NCBI GenBank assembly: GCA_963829525.1
Contig: CAWHIJ010000003.1
Coordinates: 1-64,000 of the forward strand
Length of the DNA: 64,000 nucleotides
Source of the DNA: an uncultured Actinomycetota bacterium
GTDB lineage: Bacteria > Actinomycetota > Actinomycetes > JAHEKZ01
Reading direction: 5' to 3'
Shown here: one piece after another, positions 61,743 to 64,000 of the stretch
Layout of the letters: the number at the start of each line of letters is the position of its first letter
How positions within the stretch are numbered: the first letter of the stretch is position 1
Notes under the pieces: generated by a model
What the model saw: the letters and a program-made list of their open reading frames with translations, nothing else
Databases searched by the model: none
What the model was told of the DNA's origin: nothing
Translations under genes and position numbers: made by a program

Positions 61743-63527
61743 CTAGTCGGCCGTGCACTTCCTGGTGTCGGCATCCTGGCTGACGGGCTTGACCAGAGGG
61801 GTCACGAAGGTGGTGATGTCCCCGTCGGTGGCTGGCTCAGCTACCTCGAACACCAGCGTCGTCGACGCACCGGCAGCAAGCTCGATTCCGGTCCGAAAAA
61901 CGGTGTGCCCCTGCTCCCTCTGCTGCTCGACGGCGAGCGGCTTACCGTCCTGCACGGCGCTGACCAGGGACGATCCCGCTGTGGCGTACACCTGCGAGTA
62001 GAAGAAGTGGTCGCCGTTCCCGCTCAGCGCTTGGCCGTTCGCGTCAAGCGGGCGGTCATTTCTGCCGGCGACGTAGAGCGGCAGGCTGCCGTCGCCTGGG
62101 GCGTTGTTCTTGTACGTCACCGTGATCTGCCCCCGGCGTCCCCCATCGGGGGTGCATCCGATGAGCTCGTACTTCAGCGACTGGTCGAGGTAGTAGTCCA
62201 GCTTGTTGCCGCCGCCGTTGATGGTGGCCAGGCCGGCGAACGGCGCCGCGTCCCCCGGCAGCGCCCCGCCCACCGGGGACGCCGCCAACTGCTTCTGCTC
62301 GTTCACCCGATCGGAGTACACCAGCAGCCGGCGCTCCCCCGCTGCCTTGCCCAGGGCGGTGATCAGCGCTCGCGGATCCGCCTTGCCAGAGAAGACGGCA
62401 TCGAACGCGGCCTTCGCCACCGTCTGGAGGTAAGCGTCACGCTCCGCGTCGTCCTCGATGAGGAAGTAGATCTCGTTCTCGGTGAAAGACACGACGTTGT
62501 CGGCCGAGATCACCCGGCCATCAGGCAGCGTCACGGGGCCGGTCGCTTTCAGCAGGTACGACAACGTGACCGGGTCGGTAGTGATCGCACCGTCCAGACG
62601 CTCGCCGGTGCGGTCCTGCCACATCTTCAGCCAGAGCTGCGCGGCATATGGATAGTGCGGCGACATGTTGGCGCCCGCCCACGATGCTGGATCGTCCCCA
62701 TACAGGGCCGCGTAGTCGGGGCCGAAGTCGAGCGGCAGCTTGTCGTACGTCTGGTCGTAGAGCTTCGAGCTCGGTGCCAGCTGGCGGATGTTGACGCGTC
62801 CTTCATCGGCGGTGACGACACCAAATGAGCCGAAGAATCCACCAGTTCCGCGCGCCTCGTTGTTCGACTGCAGCGCCAAGAAGTAGTCCCGTTCTCCGTT
62901 CGCGCCAAGCATGGGCGGGATCAGCTCGGCGCCGCGAGCGGCCGACTGCGTATCGGCCAGCGCGGCGTCCAACTGGGACTGCAGACTGCTCACGGCGTCC
63001 TGCACCTGGGTGGGGGTGCCATCGGTCTCGATGCCGGCGACGTCAGCGGTGATCGTCCCCAGGGACGCCTCGGCTGACTCCAGCGCTGGCGCGGCCTGCT
63101 CGAACGCCGCGAGGTTGAGCTGCTTGCCATCGGCGCGCAACGCGTCAGGGCTGAGGGCGATACCGGCCTCGACCAGATCCGGAAGAGCTTGCTGCGCCAG
63201 GGCGTCGGCTGCGTCGGCGACGTGGCTGACCGCTGCTGGAGTCGCCCCGATCACCGGGATGGCCGACGCGATGGCGAAGACCGGGTCACTGGTGGCGTCC
63301 ACCGCACGGACAGTGTCGCCCTGGACGACAGTCAGGTGCTGGGCCGCCTCGGCAGTCTGGCCGTCGACGAGGTCTTGGCGCACCAGCGTGACGCCGTCTC
63401 GTGCGCTGGCGAGCGCGTCAGCCGCCTGCTGCCCCTTGACGTAGATCCAGACGGCGCCCACCGCGAGCACGCCAACGACAACCAGCACGAGAAGCAGGAG
63501 TCGGGAGCGGCGCGTCACAAGTCCCAT
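61743..63527 (-). CDS. DUF4012 domain protein (EPS-locus associated)
   Basis: MLGANGERDY..QSNNEARGTGG, ANMSPHYP, DPVTLSYLL, GNKLDYYL. Confidence 0.85.
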   Translation of the reverse strand: MGLVTRRSRLLLLVLVVVGVLAVGAVWIYVKGQQAADALASARDGVTLVRQDLVDGQTAEAAQHLTVVQGDTVRAVDATSDPVFAIASAIPVIGATPAAVSHVADAADALAQQALPDLVEAGIALSPDALRADGKQLNLAAFEQAAPALESAEASLGTITADVAGIETDGTPTQVQDAVSSLQSQLDAALADTQSAARGAELIPPMLGANGERDYFLALQSNNEARGTGGFFGSFGVVTADEGRVNIRQLAPSSKLYDQTYDKLPLDFGPDYAALYGDDPASWAGANMSPHYPYAAQLWLKMWQDRTGERLDGAITTDPVTLSYLLKATGPVTLPDGRVISADNVVSFTENEIYFLIEDDAERDAYLQTVAKAAFDAVFSGKADPRALITALGKAAGERRLLVYSDRVNEQKQLAASPVGGALPGDAAPFAGLATINGGGNKLDYYLDQSLKYELIGCTPDGGRRGQITVTYKNNAPGDGSLPLYVAGRNDRPLDANGQALSGNGDHFFYSQVYATAGSSLVSAVQDGKPLAVEQQREQGHTVFRTGIELAAGASTTLVFEVAEPATDGDITTFVTPLVKPVSQDADTRKCTAD

Positions 63528-63621
63528 CGTCGCATCCGGCGAACCCTGCTTCGTACACCACCGCGGGGGTCGGCCCACAGGAGGACTTGGACCCTGACAG
63601 AGCTGGGCCAGCGCTGCACAG

Positions 63622-64000
63622 GCCGTTTCACGGCGTCGACGCGCGGCTGCGGAACGCGCTGCGCTCGCCGTTCACGGCGCCACGCGAGACTGCGGAACGT
63701 TATCCGCGCTCAGCGCGGTTTTCGCTCCGAAGTTGGACGCCGATCAACTGCCCAGGTGGTGGGGAGGTCTTGGGGTAACGTCCCCGTTGCACGACCACTG
63801 CGGAACGCGCTGCGTACGGCGTTCACGGCGTCCACGCGCGGCTGCGGAACGCGCTGCGCTCGCCGTTCACGGCGCCGACGCGAGACTGCGGAACGCGCTG
63901 CGCTCGCCGTTCACGGCGCCGACGCGAGACTGCGGAACGCGCTGCGCTCGCCGTTCACGGCGTCCACGCGCGACTGCGGAACGTTATCCGCGCTCAGCGC
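63622..64000. repeat. 44-bp tandem repeat array in two blocks, runs off the window
   Basis: CTGCGGAACG at 63647, 63690, 63798, 63842, 63886, 63930, 63974; unit CTGCGGAACGCGCTGCGCTCGCCGTTCACGGCGCCGACGCGAGA. Confidence 0.92.

Noticed and set aside
63622-64000. CRISPR array
   Set aside because: Inter-repeat sequence is itself repeated; no unique spacers or cas genes

Overview
High-GC actinobacterial chromosome segment (inferred from GC content, Tat/sortase substrates, DUF4012, DUF559 and BTAD regulators), with many single-base frameshifts that look like long-read assembly errors. Contents: (1) NYN-LOTUS gene; (2) a 15-kb catabolic island (Liv-type ABC importer, deacetylase, two SDRs, C45 Ntn-hydrolase, LLM monooxygenase, hydantoinase A/B) with a regulator made of a LuxR HTH fused to a paralogue of the island's own solute-binding protein, and a shared palindromic operator at both divergent promoters; (3) assorted accessory genes (cupredoxin-like, vanadium haloperoxidase/PAP2, FAD oxidase with BTAD regulator, 1.3-kaa CSLREA surface protein, decayed vapBC, M28 peptidase); (4) two partial exopolysaccharide loci (two Wzc, Wzb, Wzx, Wzy-like, GH, DUF4012, LPXTG protein); (5) a candidate novel secreted-peptide system: MauE-thioredoxin-thioredoxin fusion, two Tat-exported Cys-rich proteins with a shared leader, and an HPr-kinase-like/PqqD fusion; (6) a candidate selfish element: a DUF559/AbiEi-like nuclease gene bracketed by inverted arrays of a 32-bp repeat that also occurs as solo copies elsewhere; plus other REP-like palindromes and a 44-bp tandem array at the right edge. 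No rRNA, tRNA, CRISPR or classical transposase was recognised. All assignments are by eye from motifs; no database search was run.
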